A stretch of DNA of 62,730 nucleotides, counting the filler, from Nemertoderma westbladi (taxonomy: Eukaryota > Animalia > Xenacoelomorpha), in the NCBI GenBank assembly GCA_032718475.1. It is 3 parts of 3 records of this genome, joined end to end, with 100 filler letters (N's around TTAATTAATTAA, not from the genome) between each part and the next. Parts side by side here need not be neighbours in the genome. Positions count along the whole stretch, not along the records: positions 28,246 to 48,686 come from JAUCBJ010003837.1; positions 48,787 to 62,730 come from JAUCBJ010005591.1; 1 more part is not named here. One strand, 5' to 3'. The position numbers were made by a program, and so were the translations under genes. Shown here one piece after another: positions 39,823-52,565 of this stretch; the first letter of the stretch is position 1; the number at the start of each line of letters is the position of its first letter. The notes below the pieces were generated by a model. That model was not told the DNA's origin. It saw only the letters and a list, made by a program, of their open reading frames with translations, and did no database searches.

Positions 39823-42800
39823 AACCCTCTTTGCCGTGCTTCTCTCTGAACCCCAGGCCAATAACAACCCCCTTCGCCGTGCTTCTCTCTGAACCCCAGA
39901 CCAATAACAACCCTCTTTGCCGTGCTTCTCTCTGAACCCCAGGCCAATAACAACCCCCTTCGCCGTGCTTCTCCCTGAACCCCAGACCAATAACAACCCT
40001 CTTCGCCGTGCTTCTCTCTGAACCCCAGACCAATAACAACCCCCTTCGCCGTGCTTCTCCCTGAACCCCAGACCAATAACAACCCTCTTCGCCGTGCTTC
40101 TCTCTGAACCCCAGACCAATAACAACCCTCTTTGCCGTGCTTCTCTCTGAACCCCAGGCCAATAACAACCCCCTTCGCCGTGCTTCTCCCTGAACCCCAG
40201 ACCAATAACAACCCTCTTCGCCGTGCTTCTCTCTGAACCCCAGACCAATAACAACCCTCTTCGCCGTGCTTCTCTCTGAACCCCAGACCAATAACAACCC
40301 TCTTCGCCGTGCTTCTCTCTGAACCCCAGACCAATATCAACCCTCTTCGCCGTGCTTCTCTCTGAACCCCAGGCCAATAACAACCCTCTTCGCCGTGCTT
40401 CTCTCTGAACCCCAGGCCAATAACAACCCCCTTCGCCGTGCTTCTCTCTGAACCCCAGGCCAATAACAACCCTCTTCGCCGTGCTTCTCTCTGAACCCCA
40501 GGCCAATAACAACCCCCTTCGCCGTGCTTCTCTCTGAACCCCAGGCCAATATCAACCCTCTTCGCCGTGCTTCTCTCTGAACCCCAGGCCAATAACAACC
40601 CCCTTCGCCGTGCTTCTCTCTGAACCCCAGGCCAATAACAACCCTCTTTGCCGTGCTTCTCTCTGAACCCCAGACCAATATCAACCCTCTTCGCCGTGCT
40701 TCTCTCTGAACCCCAGGCCAATAACAACCCTCTTCGCCGTGCTTCTCTCTGAACCCCAGGCCAATAACAACCCTCTTCGCCGTGCTTCTCTCTGAACCTC
40801 AGGCCAATATCAACCCTCTTCGCCGTGCTTCTCTCTGAACCCCAGGCCAATAACAACCCTCTTCGCCGTGCTTCTCTCTGAACCCCAGGCCAATAACAAC
40901 CCTCTTCGCCGTGCTTCTCTCTGAACCCCAGGCCAATAACAACCCTCTTCGCCGTGCTTCTCTCTGAACCTCAGGCCAATAACAACCCCCTTCGCCGTGC
41001 TTCTCTCTGAACCCCAGACCAATATCAACCCTCTTCGCCGTGCTTCTCTCTGAACCCCAGGCCAATATCAACCCTCTTCGCCGTGCTTCTCTCTGAACCC
41101 CAGGCCAATAACAACCCCCTTCGCCGTGCTTCTCTCTGAACCCCAGGCCAATAACAACCCTCTTTGCCGTGCTTCTCTCTGAACCGCAGACCAATATCAA
41201 CCCTCTTCGCCGTGCTTCTCTCTGAACCCCAGGCCAATAACAACCCTCTTCGCCGTGCTTCTCTCTGAACCCCAGGCCAATATCAACCCTCTTCGCCGTG
41301 CTTCTCTCTGAACCCCAGGCCAATAACAACCCCCTTCGCCGTGCTTCTCTCTGAACCCCAGGCCAATAACAACCCTCTTTGCCGTGCTTCTCTCTGAACC
41401 CCAGACCAATATCAACCCTCTTCGCCGTGCTTCTCTCTGAACCCCAGGCCAATAACAACCCTCTTCGCCGTGCTTCTCTCTGAACCCCAGGCCAATAACA
41501 ACCCTCTTCGCCGTGCTTCTCTCTGAACCCCAGGCCAATATCAACCCTCTTCGCCGTGCTTCTCTCTGAACCCCAGACCAATAACAACCCTCTTCGCCGT
41601 GCTTCTCTCTGAACCCCAGACCAATATCAACCCTCTTCGCCGTGCTTCTCTCTGAACCCCAGGCCAATAACAACCCTCTTCGCCGTGCTTCTCTCTGAAC
41701 CCCAGGCCAATAACAACCCTCTTCGCCGTGCTTCTCTCTGAACCCCAGGCCAATAACAACCCTCTTCGCCGTGCTTCTCTCTGAACCCCAGGCCAATAAC
41801 AACCCTCTTCGCCGTGCTTCTCTCTGAACCCCAGGCCAATAACAACCCTCTTCGCCGTGCTTCTCTCTGAACCCCAGGCCAATATCAACCCTCTTCGCCG
41901 TGCTTCTCTCTGAACCCCAGACCAATAACAACCCTCTTCGCCGTGCTTCTCTCTGAACCCCAGACCAATATCAACCCTCTTCGCCGTGCTTCTCTCTGAA
42001 CCCCAGGCCAATAACAACCCTCTTCGCCGTGCTTCTCTCTGAACCCCAGGCCAATAACAACCCTCTTCGCCGTGCTTCTCTCTGAACCCCAGACCAATAA
42101 CAACCTTCTTCGCCGTTCTTCTCTCTGAACCCCAGACCAATAACAACCCTCTTCGCCGTGCTTCTCTCTGAACCCCAGGCCAATAACAACCCTCTTCGCC
42201 GTGCTTCTCTCTGAACCCCAGGCCAATAACAACCCTCTTCGCCGTGCTTCTCTCTGAACCCCAGGCCAATAACAACCCTCTTCGCCGTGCTTCTCTCTGA
42301 ACCTCAGGCCAATATCAACCCTCTTCGCCGTGCTTCTCTCTGAACCCCAGACCAATAACAACCCTCTTCGCCGTGCTTCTCTCTGAACCCCAGACCAATA
42401 TCAACCCTCTTCGCCGTGCTTCTCTCTGAACCCCAGGCCAATAACAACCCTCTTCGCCGTGCTTCTCTCTGAACCCCAGGCCAATAACAACCCTCTTCGC
42501 CGTGCTTCTCTCTGAACCCCAGACCAATAACAACCTTCTTCGCCGTTCTTCTCTCTGAACCCCAGACCAATAACAACCCTCTTCGCCGTGCTTCTCTCTG
42601 AACCCCAGGCCAATAACAACCCTCTTCGCCGTGCTTCTCTCTGAACCCCAGGCCAATAACAACCCTCTTCGCCGTGCTTCTCTCTGAACCCCAGACCAAT
42701 ATCAACCCTCTTCGCCGTGCTTCTCTCTGAACCCCAGGCCAATATCAACCCTCTTCGCCGTGCTTCTCTCTGAACCCCAGACCAATATCAACCCTCTTCG

Positions 42801-45800
42801 CCGTGCTTCTCTCTGAACCCCAGGCCAATAACAACCCTCTTCGCCGTGCTTCTCTCTGAACCCCAGACCAATAACAACCTTCTTCGCCGTTCTTCTCTCT
42901 GAACCCCAGACCAATAACAACCCTCTTCGCCGTGCTTCTCTCTGAACCCCAGGCCAATAACAACCCTCTTCGCCGTGCTTCTCTCTGAACCCCAGGCCAA
43001 TAACAACCCTCTTCGCCGTGCTTCTCTCTGAACCCCAGACCAATATCAACCCTCTTCGCCGTGCTTCTCTCTGAACCCCAGGCCAATATCAACCCTCTTC
43101 GCCGTGCTTCTCTCTGAACCCCAGGCCAATAACAACCCTCTTCGCCGTGCTTCTCTCTGAACCCCAGGCCAATAACAACCCCCTTCGCCGTGCTTCTCTC
43201 TGAACCCCAGGCCAATAACAACCCCCTTCGCCGTGCTTCTCTCTGAACCCCAGGCCAATAACAACCCTCTTCGCCGTGCTTCTCTCTGAACCCCAGGCCA
43301 ATAACAACCCTCTTCGCCGTGCTTCTCTCTGAACCCCAGGCCAATATCAACCCTCTTCGCCGTGCTTCTCTCTGAACCCCAGGCCAATAACAACCCTCTT
43401 CGCCGTGCTTCTCTCTGAACCCCAGGCCAATAACAACCCCCTTCGCCGTGCTTCTCTCTGAACCCCAGACCAATATCAACCCTCTTCGCCGTGCTTCTCT
43501 CTGAACCCCAGGCCAATAACAACCCTCTTCGCCGTGCTTCTCTCTGAACCCCAGGCCAATAACAACCCTCTTCGCCGTGCTTCTCTCTGAACCCCAGGCC
43601 AATAACAACCCTCTTCGCCGTGCTTCTCTCTGAACCCCAGACCAATATCAACCCTCTTCGCCGTGCTTCTCTCTGAACCCCAGGCCAATAACAACCCTCT
43701 TCGCCGTGCTTCTCTCTGAACCCCAGACCAATATCAACCCTCTTCGCCGTGCTTCTCTCTGAACCCCAGGCCAATAACAACCCTCTTCGCCGTGCTTCTC
43801 TCTGAACCCCAGGCCAATAACAACCCTCTTCGCCGTGCTTCTCTCTGAACCCCAGACCAATATCAACCCTCTTCGCCGTGCTTCTCTCTGAACCCCAGGC
43901 CAATAACAACCCTCTTCGCCGTGCTTCTCTCTGAACCCCAGGCCAATAACAACCCTCTTCGCCGTGCTTCTCTCTGAACCTCAGGCCAATATCAACCCTC
44001 TTCGCCGTGCTTCTCTCTGAACCCCAGACCAATAACAACCCTCTTCGCCGTGCTTCTCTCTGAACCCCAGACCAATATCAACCCTCTTCGCCGTGCTTCT
44101 CTCTGAACCCCAGGCCAATAACAACCCTCTTCGCCGTGCTTCTCTCTGAACCCCAGGCCAATAACAACCCTCTTCGCCGTGCTTCTCTCTGAACCCCAGA
44201 CCAATAACAACCCTCTTCGCCGTGCTTCTCTCTGAACCCCAGACCAATAACAACCCTCTTCGCCGTGCTTCTCTCTGAACCCCAGACCAATATCAACCCT
44301 CTTCGCCGTGCTTCTCTCTGAACCCCAGGCCAATAACAACCCTCTTCGCCGTGCTTCTCTCTGAACCCCAGACCAATAACAACCTTCTTCGCCGTTCTTC
44401 TCTCTGAACCCCAGACCAATAACAACCCTCTTCGCCGTGCTTCTCTCTGAACCCCAGGCCAATAACAACCCTCTTCGCCGTGCTTCTCTCTGAACCCCAG
44501 GCCAATAACAACCCTCTTCGCCGTGCTTCTCTCTGAACCCCAGACCAATAACAACCCTCTTCGCCGTGCTTCTCTCTGAACCCCAGGCCAATATCAACCC
44601 TCTTCGCCGTGCTTCTCTCTGAACCCCAGACCAATATCAACCCTCTTCGCCGTGCTTCTCTCTGAACCCCAGGCCAATATCAACCCTCTTCGCCGTGCTT
44701 CTCTCTGAACCCCAGACCAATATCAACCCTCTTCGCCGTGCTTCTCTCTGAACCCCAGGCCAATAACAACCCTCTTCGCCGTGCTTCTCTCTGAACCCCA
44801 GACCAATAACAACCTTCTTCGCCGTTCTTCTCTCTGAACCCCAGACCAATAACAACCCTCTTCGCCGTGCTTCTCTCTGAACCCCAGGCCAATAACAACC
44901 CTCTTCGCCGTGCTTCTCTCTGAACCCCAGGCCAATAACAACCCTCTTCGCCGTGCTTCTCTCTGAACCCCAGACCAATATCAACCCTCTTCGCCGTGCT
45001 TCTCTCTGAACCCCAGGCCAATAACAACCCTCTTCGCCGTGCTTCTCTCTGAACCCCAGGCCAATAACAACCCTCTTCGCCGTGCTTCTCTCTGAACCCC
45101 AGGCCAATAACAACCCTCTTCGCCGTGCTTCTCTCTGAACCCCAGGCCAATAACAACCCCCTTCGCCGTGCTTCTCTCTGAACCCCAGGCCAATAACAAC
45201 CCTCTTCGCCGTGCTTCTCTCTGAACCCCAGACCAATAACAACCCTCTTCGCCGTGCTTCTCTCTGAACCCCAGACCAATAACAACCCTCTTCGCCGTGC
45301 TTCTCTCTGAACCCCAGACCAATATCAACCCTCTTCGCCGTGCTTCTCTCTGAACCCCAGGCCAATAACAACCCTCTTCGCCGTGCTTCTCTCTGAACCC
45401 CAGACCAATAACAACCTTCTTCGCCGTGCTTCTCTCTGAACCCCAGACCAATAACAACCCTCTTCGCCGTGCTTCTCTCTGAACCCCAGGCCAATAACAA
45501 CCCTCTTCGCCGTGCTTCTCTCTGAACCCCAGGCCAATAACAACCCTCTTCGCCGTGCTTCTCTCTGAACCCCAGACCAATAACAACCCTCTTCGCCGTG
45601 CTTCTCTCTGAACCCCAGGCCAATATCAACCCTCTTCGCCGTGCTTCTCTCTGAACCCCAGGCCAATAACAACCCTCTTCGCCGTGCTTCTCTCTGAACC
45701 CCAGACCAATAACAACCCTCTTCGCCGTGCTTCTCTCTGAACCCCAGACCAATAACAACCCTCTTCGCCGTGCTTCTCTCTGAACCCCAGACCAATAACA

Positions 45801-48686
45801 ACCCTCTTCGCCGTGCTTCTCTCTGAACCCCAGGCCAATAACAACCCTCTTCGCCGTGCTTCTCTCTGAACCCCAGGCCAATAACAACCCTCTTCGCCGT
45901 GCTTCTCTCTGAACCCCAGACCAATAACAACCCTCTTCGCCGTGCTTCTCTCTGAACCCCAGACCAATAACAACCCTCTTCGCCGTGCTTCTCTCTGAAC
46001 CCCAGGCCAATAACAACCCTCTTCGCCGTGCTTCTCTCTGAACCCCAGGCCAATAACAACCCTCTTCGCCGTGCTTCTCTCTGAACCCCAGGCCAATAAC
46101 AACCCTCTTCGCCGTGCTTCTCTCTGAACCCCAGACCAATAACAACCCTCTTCGCCGTGCTTCTCTCTGAACCCCAGACCAATAACAACCCTCTTCGCCG
46201 TGCTTCTCTCTGAACCCCAGACCAATATCAACCCTCTTCGCCGTGCTTCTCTCTGAACCCCAGGCCAATAACAACCCTCTTCGCCGTGCTTCTCTCTGAA
46301 CCCCAGACCAATAACAACCTTCTTCGCCGTTCTTCTCTCTGAACCCCAGACCAATAACAACCCTCTTCGCCGTGCTTCTCTCTGAACCCCAGGCCAATAA
46401 CAACCCTCTTCGCCGTGCTTCTCTCTGAACCCCAGGCCAATAACAACCCTCTTCGCCGTGCTTCTCTCTGAACCCCAGACCAATATCAACCCTCTTCGCC
46501 GTGCTTCTCTCTGAACCCCAGGCCAATAACAACCCTCTTCGCCGTGCTTCTCTCTGAACCCCAGACCAATAACAACCCTCTTCGCCGTGCTTCTCTCTGA
46601 ACCCCAGGCCAATAACAACCCTCTTCGCCGTGCTTCTCTCTGAACCCCAGACCAATAACAACCCTCTTCGCCGTTCTTCTCTCTGAACCCCAGACCAATA
46701 ACAACCCTCTTCGCCGTGCTTCTCTCTGAACCCCAGGCCAATAACAACCCTCTTCGCCGTGCTTCTCTCTGAACCCCAGGCCAATAACAACCCTCTTCGC
46801 CGTGCTTCTCTCTGAACCCCAGACCAATATCAACCCTCTTCGCCGTGCTTCTCTCTGAACCCCAGGCCAATAACAACCCTCTTCGCCGTGCTTCTCTCTG
46901 AACCCCAGGCCAATAACAACCCTCTTCGCCGTGCTTCTCTCTGAACCCCAGGCCAATATCAACCCTCTTCGCCGTGCTTCTCTCTGAACCCCAGACCAAT
47001 AACAACCCTCTTCGCCGTGCTTCTCTCTGAACCCCAGACCAATATCAACCCTCTTCGCCGTGCTTCTCTCTGAACCCCAGGCCAATAACAACCCTCTTCG
47101 CCGTGCTTCTCTCTGAACCCCAGGCCAATAACAACCCTCTTCGCCGTGCTTCTCTCTGAACCCCAGACCAATAACAACCCTCTTCGCCGTGCTTCTCTCT
47201 GAACCCCAGACCAATAACAACCCTCTTCGCCGTGCTTCTCTCTGAACCCCAGGCCAATAACAACCCTCTTCGCCGTGCTTCTCTCTGAACCCCAGGCCAA
47301 TAACAACCCTCTTCGCCGTGCTTCTCTCTGAACCCCAGGCCAATAACAACCCTCTTCGCCGTGCTTCTCTCTGAACCCCAGACCAATAACAACCCTCTTC
47401 GCCGTGCTTCTCTCTGAACCCCAGACCAATAACAACCCTCTTCGCCGTGCTTCTCTCTGAACCCCAGGCCAATAACAACCCTCTTCGCCGTGCTTCTCTC
47501 TGAACCCCAGACCAATAACAACCCTCTTCGCCGTGCTTCTCTCTGAACCCCAGACCAATATCAACCCTCTTCGCCGTGCTTCTCTCTGAACCCCAGGCCA
47601 ATAACAACCCTCTTCGCCGTGCTTCTCTCTGAACCCCAGGCCAATAACAACCCTCTTCGCCGTGCTTCTCTCTGAACCCCAGACCAATAACAACCCTCTT
47701 CGCCGTGCTTCTCTCTGAACCCCAGGCCAATAACAACCCTCTTCGCCGTGCTTCTCTCTGAACCCCAGGCCAATAACAACCCTCTTCGCCGTGCTTCTCT
47801 CTGAACCCCAGGCCAATAACAACCCTCTTCGCCGTGCTTCTCTCTGAACCCCAGGCCAATAACAACCCTCTTCGCCGTGCTTCTCTCTGAACCCCAGGCC
47901 AATAACAACCCTCTTCGCCGTGCTTCTCTCTGAACCCCAGACCAATAACAACCCTCTTCGCCGTGCTTCTCTCTGAACCCCAGGCCAATAACAACCCTCT
48001 TCGCCGTGCTTCTCTCTGAACCCCAGACCAATATCAACCCTCTTCGCCGTGCTTCTCTCTGAACCCCAGGCCAATAACAACCCTCTTCGCCGTGCTTCTC
48101 TCTGAACCCCAGACCAATAACAACCTTCTTCGCCGTTCTTCTCTCTGAACCCCAGACCAATAACAACCCTCTTCGCCGTGCTTCTCTCTGAACCCCAGGC
48201 CAATAACAACCCTCTTCGCCGTGCTTCTCTCTGAACCCCAGGCCAATAACAACCCTCTTCGCCGTGCTTCTCTCTGAACCCCAGACCAATAACAACCCTC
48301 TTCGCCGTGCTTCTCTCTGAACCCCAGACCAATATCAACCCTCTTCGCCGTGCTTCTCTCTGAACCCCAGGCCAATAACAACCCTCTTCGCCGTGCTTCT
48401 CTCTGAACCCCAGACCAATAACAACCCTCTTCGCCGTGCTTCTCTCTGAACCCCAGACCAATAACAACCCTCTTCGCCGTGCTTCTCTCTGAACCCCAGG
48501 CCAATAACAACCCCCTTCGCCGTGCTTCTCTCTGAACCCCAGGCCAATAACAACCCTCTTCGCCGTGCTTCTCTCTGAACCCCAGACCAATAACAACCCT
48601 CTTCGCCGTGCTTCTCTCTGAACCCCAGACCAATAACAACCCTCTTCGCCGTGCTTCTCTCTGAACCCCAGGCCAATAACAACCCT
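39823..48686. repeat. 43-bp satellite (aaccctcttcgccgtgcttctctctgaaccccagRccaatAAc), at least ~206 copies, runs into the gap
   Basis: Direct periodicity. Three units make 129 bp, which explains the 43-aa periodic ORFs on the minus strand. Confidence 0.97.
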
Positions 48687-48786
48687 NNNNNNNNNNNNNN
48701 NNNNNNNNNNNNNNNNNNNNNNNNNNNNNNTTAATTAATTAANNNNNNNNNNNNNNNNNNNNNNNNNNNNNNNNNNNNNNNNNNNN
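48687..48786. other. Artificial contig-join spacer (44 N + TTAATTAATTAA + 44 N)
   Basis: Identical 100-bp structure to 28146-28245. Confidence 0.95.
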
Positions 48787-49494
48787 ATGCGAATGTATTG
48801 CGTGTGTATTGGGGAGCATTCGGCGTCGATTACTCTTCGCACGCCTTCGCTCCAGCTCCCTCTGCTTGCGTGGGGGTCGACGATCTTGGCGTGGCCTAGG
48901 TTTCGGTGACGGTGCGAGGCTACAATCTGGCCGGGCAGTTCTAACAAAACCAGAGAGATACCAAACCAATCCATCTAGATTAAATAATAAATAATAATTT
49001 AACTGGTTTCAAAAATGTGCTACTATTTCTGTCATTAACTTTTTACATGTTAATATTGATTTGATCTTTCATCAGTTGAAGAGCGTACTAAAGCTAGCAA
49101 GCTTTAAGAGTGAAGAGCGCATACCATTGATTCAAATACGATAGGGAGACTATAATGTGTAATTGTTAGAAACCATAAACACCGATTACTGGAAAGGCCA
49201 AACTGAAAGTAAATAATAGTAACGGTAACGGTATGTATGTAGGCCAATACTACATGTAATGTTAGTAAAATCATGATAAAAAATTATTGATGTTTGTAAA
49301 ATGTTTAACATACAAATCAATTAAGCCCACATTTATACTACCGGTACTTTATTTTAGTCCAAACCCTATCTAATTGCTAATCTGCTAATGTCTATCTACA
49401 TATCTCTAACATCTCTCCTATTCCTACGCATTTTAAGCTAGTCCCTTCGATTTCGATTTCATGATTACAGATTAGGTTTAGGTATACTTTCGAT

Positions 49495-49706
49495 GGCACT
49501 TGTGTCAAATAGGGGACCCTTCTAACCTGCTAATCCTGAAATCACCTAAACTGAAGTTACTAGTCAGCTAGTGCCTGATTAGTAAAGGAGCAGGTTACAG
49601 AGGCGAGTTGAAAGGAACCAAAACAAAAAACGAGAGTAAGGAATATTGTTATCACCTGCTATATTTCAGGATTAGGGTCCTCTATTTGACACTAGTAACT
49701 AGTGCC
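49495..49706. mobile_element. ~210-bp MITE just upstream of MCCC2
   Basis: ggcacttgtgtcaaataggggaccct pairs with agggtcctctatttgacactagtaactagtgcc as imperfect TIRs. Confidence 0.65.
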
Positions 49707-49904
49707 CTTTCGTCATCCCATTCCGCACAACACTGTTGTGAAGTGAACGGAAGTTAAGTTACCCACTCATGCCATAATTTGTCAGTCAGTTAAGCTGTTA
49801 AGTATGTGTATGTCTGTATGTATTCTAATCATAGCATAATAATTTAATATAGGGCTGTAGGGCCTACGCATACGTCGTTTCATCCAATCTTTAGACTTTC
49901 CAAG

Positions 49905-51599
49905 ATGTCGATATCATTTCGGTGCATTTTCAACAAACTCTCAATAAAACCAAATATTCGACGGCTATTAAATTGTAAACGAAATTTGTCGTCGATTATA
50001 GAGAGCACAGTGGACACCAATGACTCAATCTACCAAGAGAATTACAGCGCAATGAAAGGTTTAATCGATTCTCTGAACCGAGAAATCAATAACATCAAAC
50101 TCGGAGGGGATGTGAAGGCGCGAACTCGACACACAAAAAACGGAAAGATGTTAGTCCGCGATCGAATAACGCGTCTAATAGACCCTGGATCGGCGTTCCT
50201 CGAGTTATCCCAACTCGCGGGCTACCAGTTATACGATCGGGACGAGATACCCGCGGGAGGGATAGTCACTGGAATCGGTCGGATTTCCGGGAGGGAATGC
50301 GTCGTAGTAGCGAACGACGCCACCGTGAAGGCCGGAACTTATTACCCTATAACCGTAAAGAAACACGTCCGCGCGCAAACCATAGCGCAGGAATGCGGCC
50401 TTCCTTGCGTCTATCTCGTGGACTCTGGCGGGGCCTACCTCCCGGAACAATCGGAGGTCTTCCCGGACGAGAAACATTTCGGCCGTATATTTTACAACCA
50501 GGCGACGATGTCGTCTTTAGGGATCCCGCAAGTCGCGGTTGTTTTAGGATCGTGTACTGCAGGCGGCGCGTACGTTCCCGCAATGTCAGACGAGTCGGTG
50601 ATAGTCCGTCGACAAGGTACGATATTCCTAGCCGGTCCGCCGCTGGTTAAAGCGGCTACGGGGGAGGAGATATCGGCGGAGGAGTTGGGAGGAGCGGACC
50701 TCCACTGTCGGAATTCCGGGGTAACCGACCACTATGCGAGGAACGACGAACACGCGTTGCACATGGCGAGAACTATAATCGGGAATATCAACGTTAAACA
50801 CGCGATAACGCCGACCATCAGACGAGCGTCGACACCGATGTATCCGTCGGACGAGATCTACGGGATCGTAGGCGACCAACTGCGACGGAGTTACGACGTC
50901 CGACAAGTAATAGCGAGGATCGTAGACGGGTCAGAATTCTATGAGTTTAAGGCGCTCTACGGGGAGACCTTGGTCTGCGGGCTGGCTAGGATCCATGGCT
51001 ACCCCGTGGGTATCCTAGGCAACAACGGAGTCCTATTCTCCGAGAGCGCGTTGAAGGCGACTCACTTTATAAACTTGTGTTGCATCCGGAAGATCCCGTT
51101 GGTTTTCTTACAGAATATAACCGGGTTTATGGTGGGGCGCGACGCCGAGTCTGGCGGGATCGCGAAGGACGGCGCCAAGATGGTGACCGCGGTGGCCTGC
51201 GCTAGCGTTCCCAAGGTTACCGTTATTATCGGGGGGTCCTACGGGGCCGGGAACTACGGGATGTGCGGGAGGGCCTACTCGCCGCGGTTCCTCTACATGT
51301 GGCCCAACGCGCGGATCAGCGTGATGGGCGGGGACCAGGCCGCCTCCGTGCTCACCCAGATAGCGCGGGCCCAGCGCACCAGACTGGGGGAGGAGTGGAG
51401 CGAGGGCGACGAGTTGGCCATGTACAAGGGGATTAAGGATCGCTACGAGACCGAGGGGAGTCCTTACTTCGCGTCGGCTCGTCTCTGGGACGACGGGCTT
51501 ATAGACCCGGCCGACACTCGGGATGTCCTCGGACTGAGTCTGAGTGCGGCGTTGAACAGACCCGTAAAGGAATCCAAGTTCGGAATATTCCGAATGTAG
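49905..51599 (+). CDS. MCCC2: Methylcrotonoyl-CoA carboxylase beta chain, mitochondrial (intronless, 564 aa)
   Basis: Basic N-terminal transit-like peptide, followed by carboxyltransferase motifs [86 protein letters not shown] and FGIFRM. Confidence 0.96.
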   Translation: MSISFRCIFNKLSIKPNIRRLLNCKRNLSSIIESTVDTNDSIYQENYSAMKGLIDSLNREINNIKLGGDVKARTRHTKNGKMLVRDRITRLIDPGSAFLELSQLAGYQLYDRDEIPAGGIVTGIGRISGRECVVVANDATVKAGTYYPITVKKHVRAQTIAQECGLPCVYLVDSGGAYLPEQSEVFPDEKHFGRIFYNQATMSSLGIPQVAVVLGSCTAGGAYVPAMSDESVIVRRQGTIFLAGPPLVKAATGEEISAEELGGADLHCRNSGVTDHYARNDEHALHMARTIIGNINVKHAITPTIRRASTPMYPSDEIYGIVGDQLRRSYDVRQVIARIVDGSEFYEFKALYGETLVCGLARIHGYPVGILGNNGVLFSESALKATHFINLCCIRKIPLVFLQNITGFMVGRDAESGGIAKDGAKMVTAVACASVPKVTVIIGGSYGAGNYGMCGRAYSPRFLYMWPNARISVMGGDQAASVLTQIARAQRTRLGEEWSEGDELAMYKGIKDRYETEGSPYFASARLWDDGLIDPADTRDVLGLSLSAALNRPVKESKFGIFRM

Positions 51600-52565
51600 A
51601 ATTTACCTTATGTAGTAATGAATAGATTAGATAGTAAATTAATTGATTATATCGATTTTACGGTCGCCGATATCAGCCACAACAAAACATTCCAACATTT
51701 AATTCTACGGGTAATCCATGTGCTGTGAAAAATACAAAACGATTCGTATGATAATGTGGTGTTAAGAGGGGTGGAGGTAGCCCCCCCCCCCCCCCATTTT
51801 GGAACCTGTACCGAATTTAATGGAGATTTAAACTCTGCAAGCATTCTCATATACTTTATCAAATTCTTTTGACAAGCTTTCGAGCAGCACTATTTTTTAC
51901 AATTGAATGACACTTTTTCACCAGAAAGGTTCCCAACTCTTAGGGTATTTTGAGTTATAAAATAGCCACAGTTCAATTGCTCAATTTGAATTTTTTTCAC
52001 TCAATTTTAGGATGCGGAAACATCACAATAAAATTTAAGGTAGGCCTTCTATTTATCAGAATAACAATAAATAAATAACCATTCCCCTTTAAATGTGAAG
52101 TGAGGAATTCTTTGTCATTTTACTATCACATTTTTATTTACGACATTTTTCTACTTATGACGAAATGGGGGGTATTGAAGCCATTCCCATCTCGTTGAAT
52201 TAATATCGCGTTTTTTTATCGTAATTAGTTGCGTCGATTTTCCCTTGGACGGTTGGAGAGGGATAAATTCTGACTGCGTTATGATTCCCCTTAGCTAACT
52301 TTTTCAATTTTACCTGTAGAAGTAAATGTTATAAACGTTTGTTGTAGCAGATGCGATGTGGGCCACCGAGACGCATATTTCCAAACCACATAGTCTCGGC
52401 AGTTAGGCAGTCAGAGACCAGCAGTTAGTAAAACAAATATCTAATGCAGAGACCGTAGTGTGGATGTCTGCACTTATAAATAAATAAGGCTATAATTTAA
52501 TAGAACCTTAGTGCTGTATGTTTGGAGAGGGCTTATTATTTATTTATCGTTAGAAAGTGCCTGAA

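Noticed and set aside
39700-48682. Dozens of ORFs with GCYWPGVQREARRRG repeats
   Set aside because: Translation artefacts of a 43-bp unit (not a multiple of 3) cycling through all frames.
48787-48946. LTR terminus (…ttctaaca) at the contig start
   Set aside because: GC-richer segment ending in AACA, but only 160 bp are visible and there is no second LTR or PBS/PPT to confirm it.
50229-50906. Overlapping ORFs within MCCC2 (and similar ones within RCBTB exons)
   Set aside because: Shadow frames of GC-rich coding sequence with no recognisable motifs.
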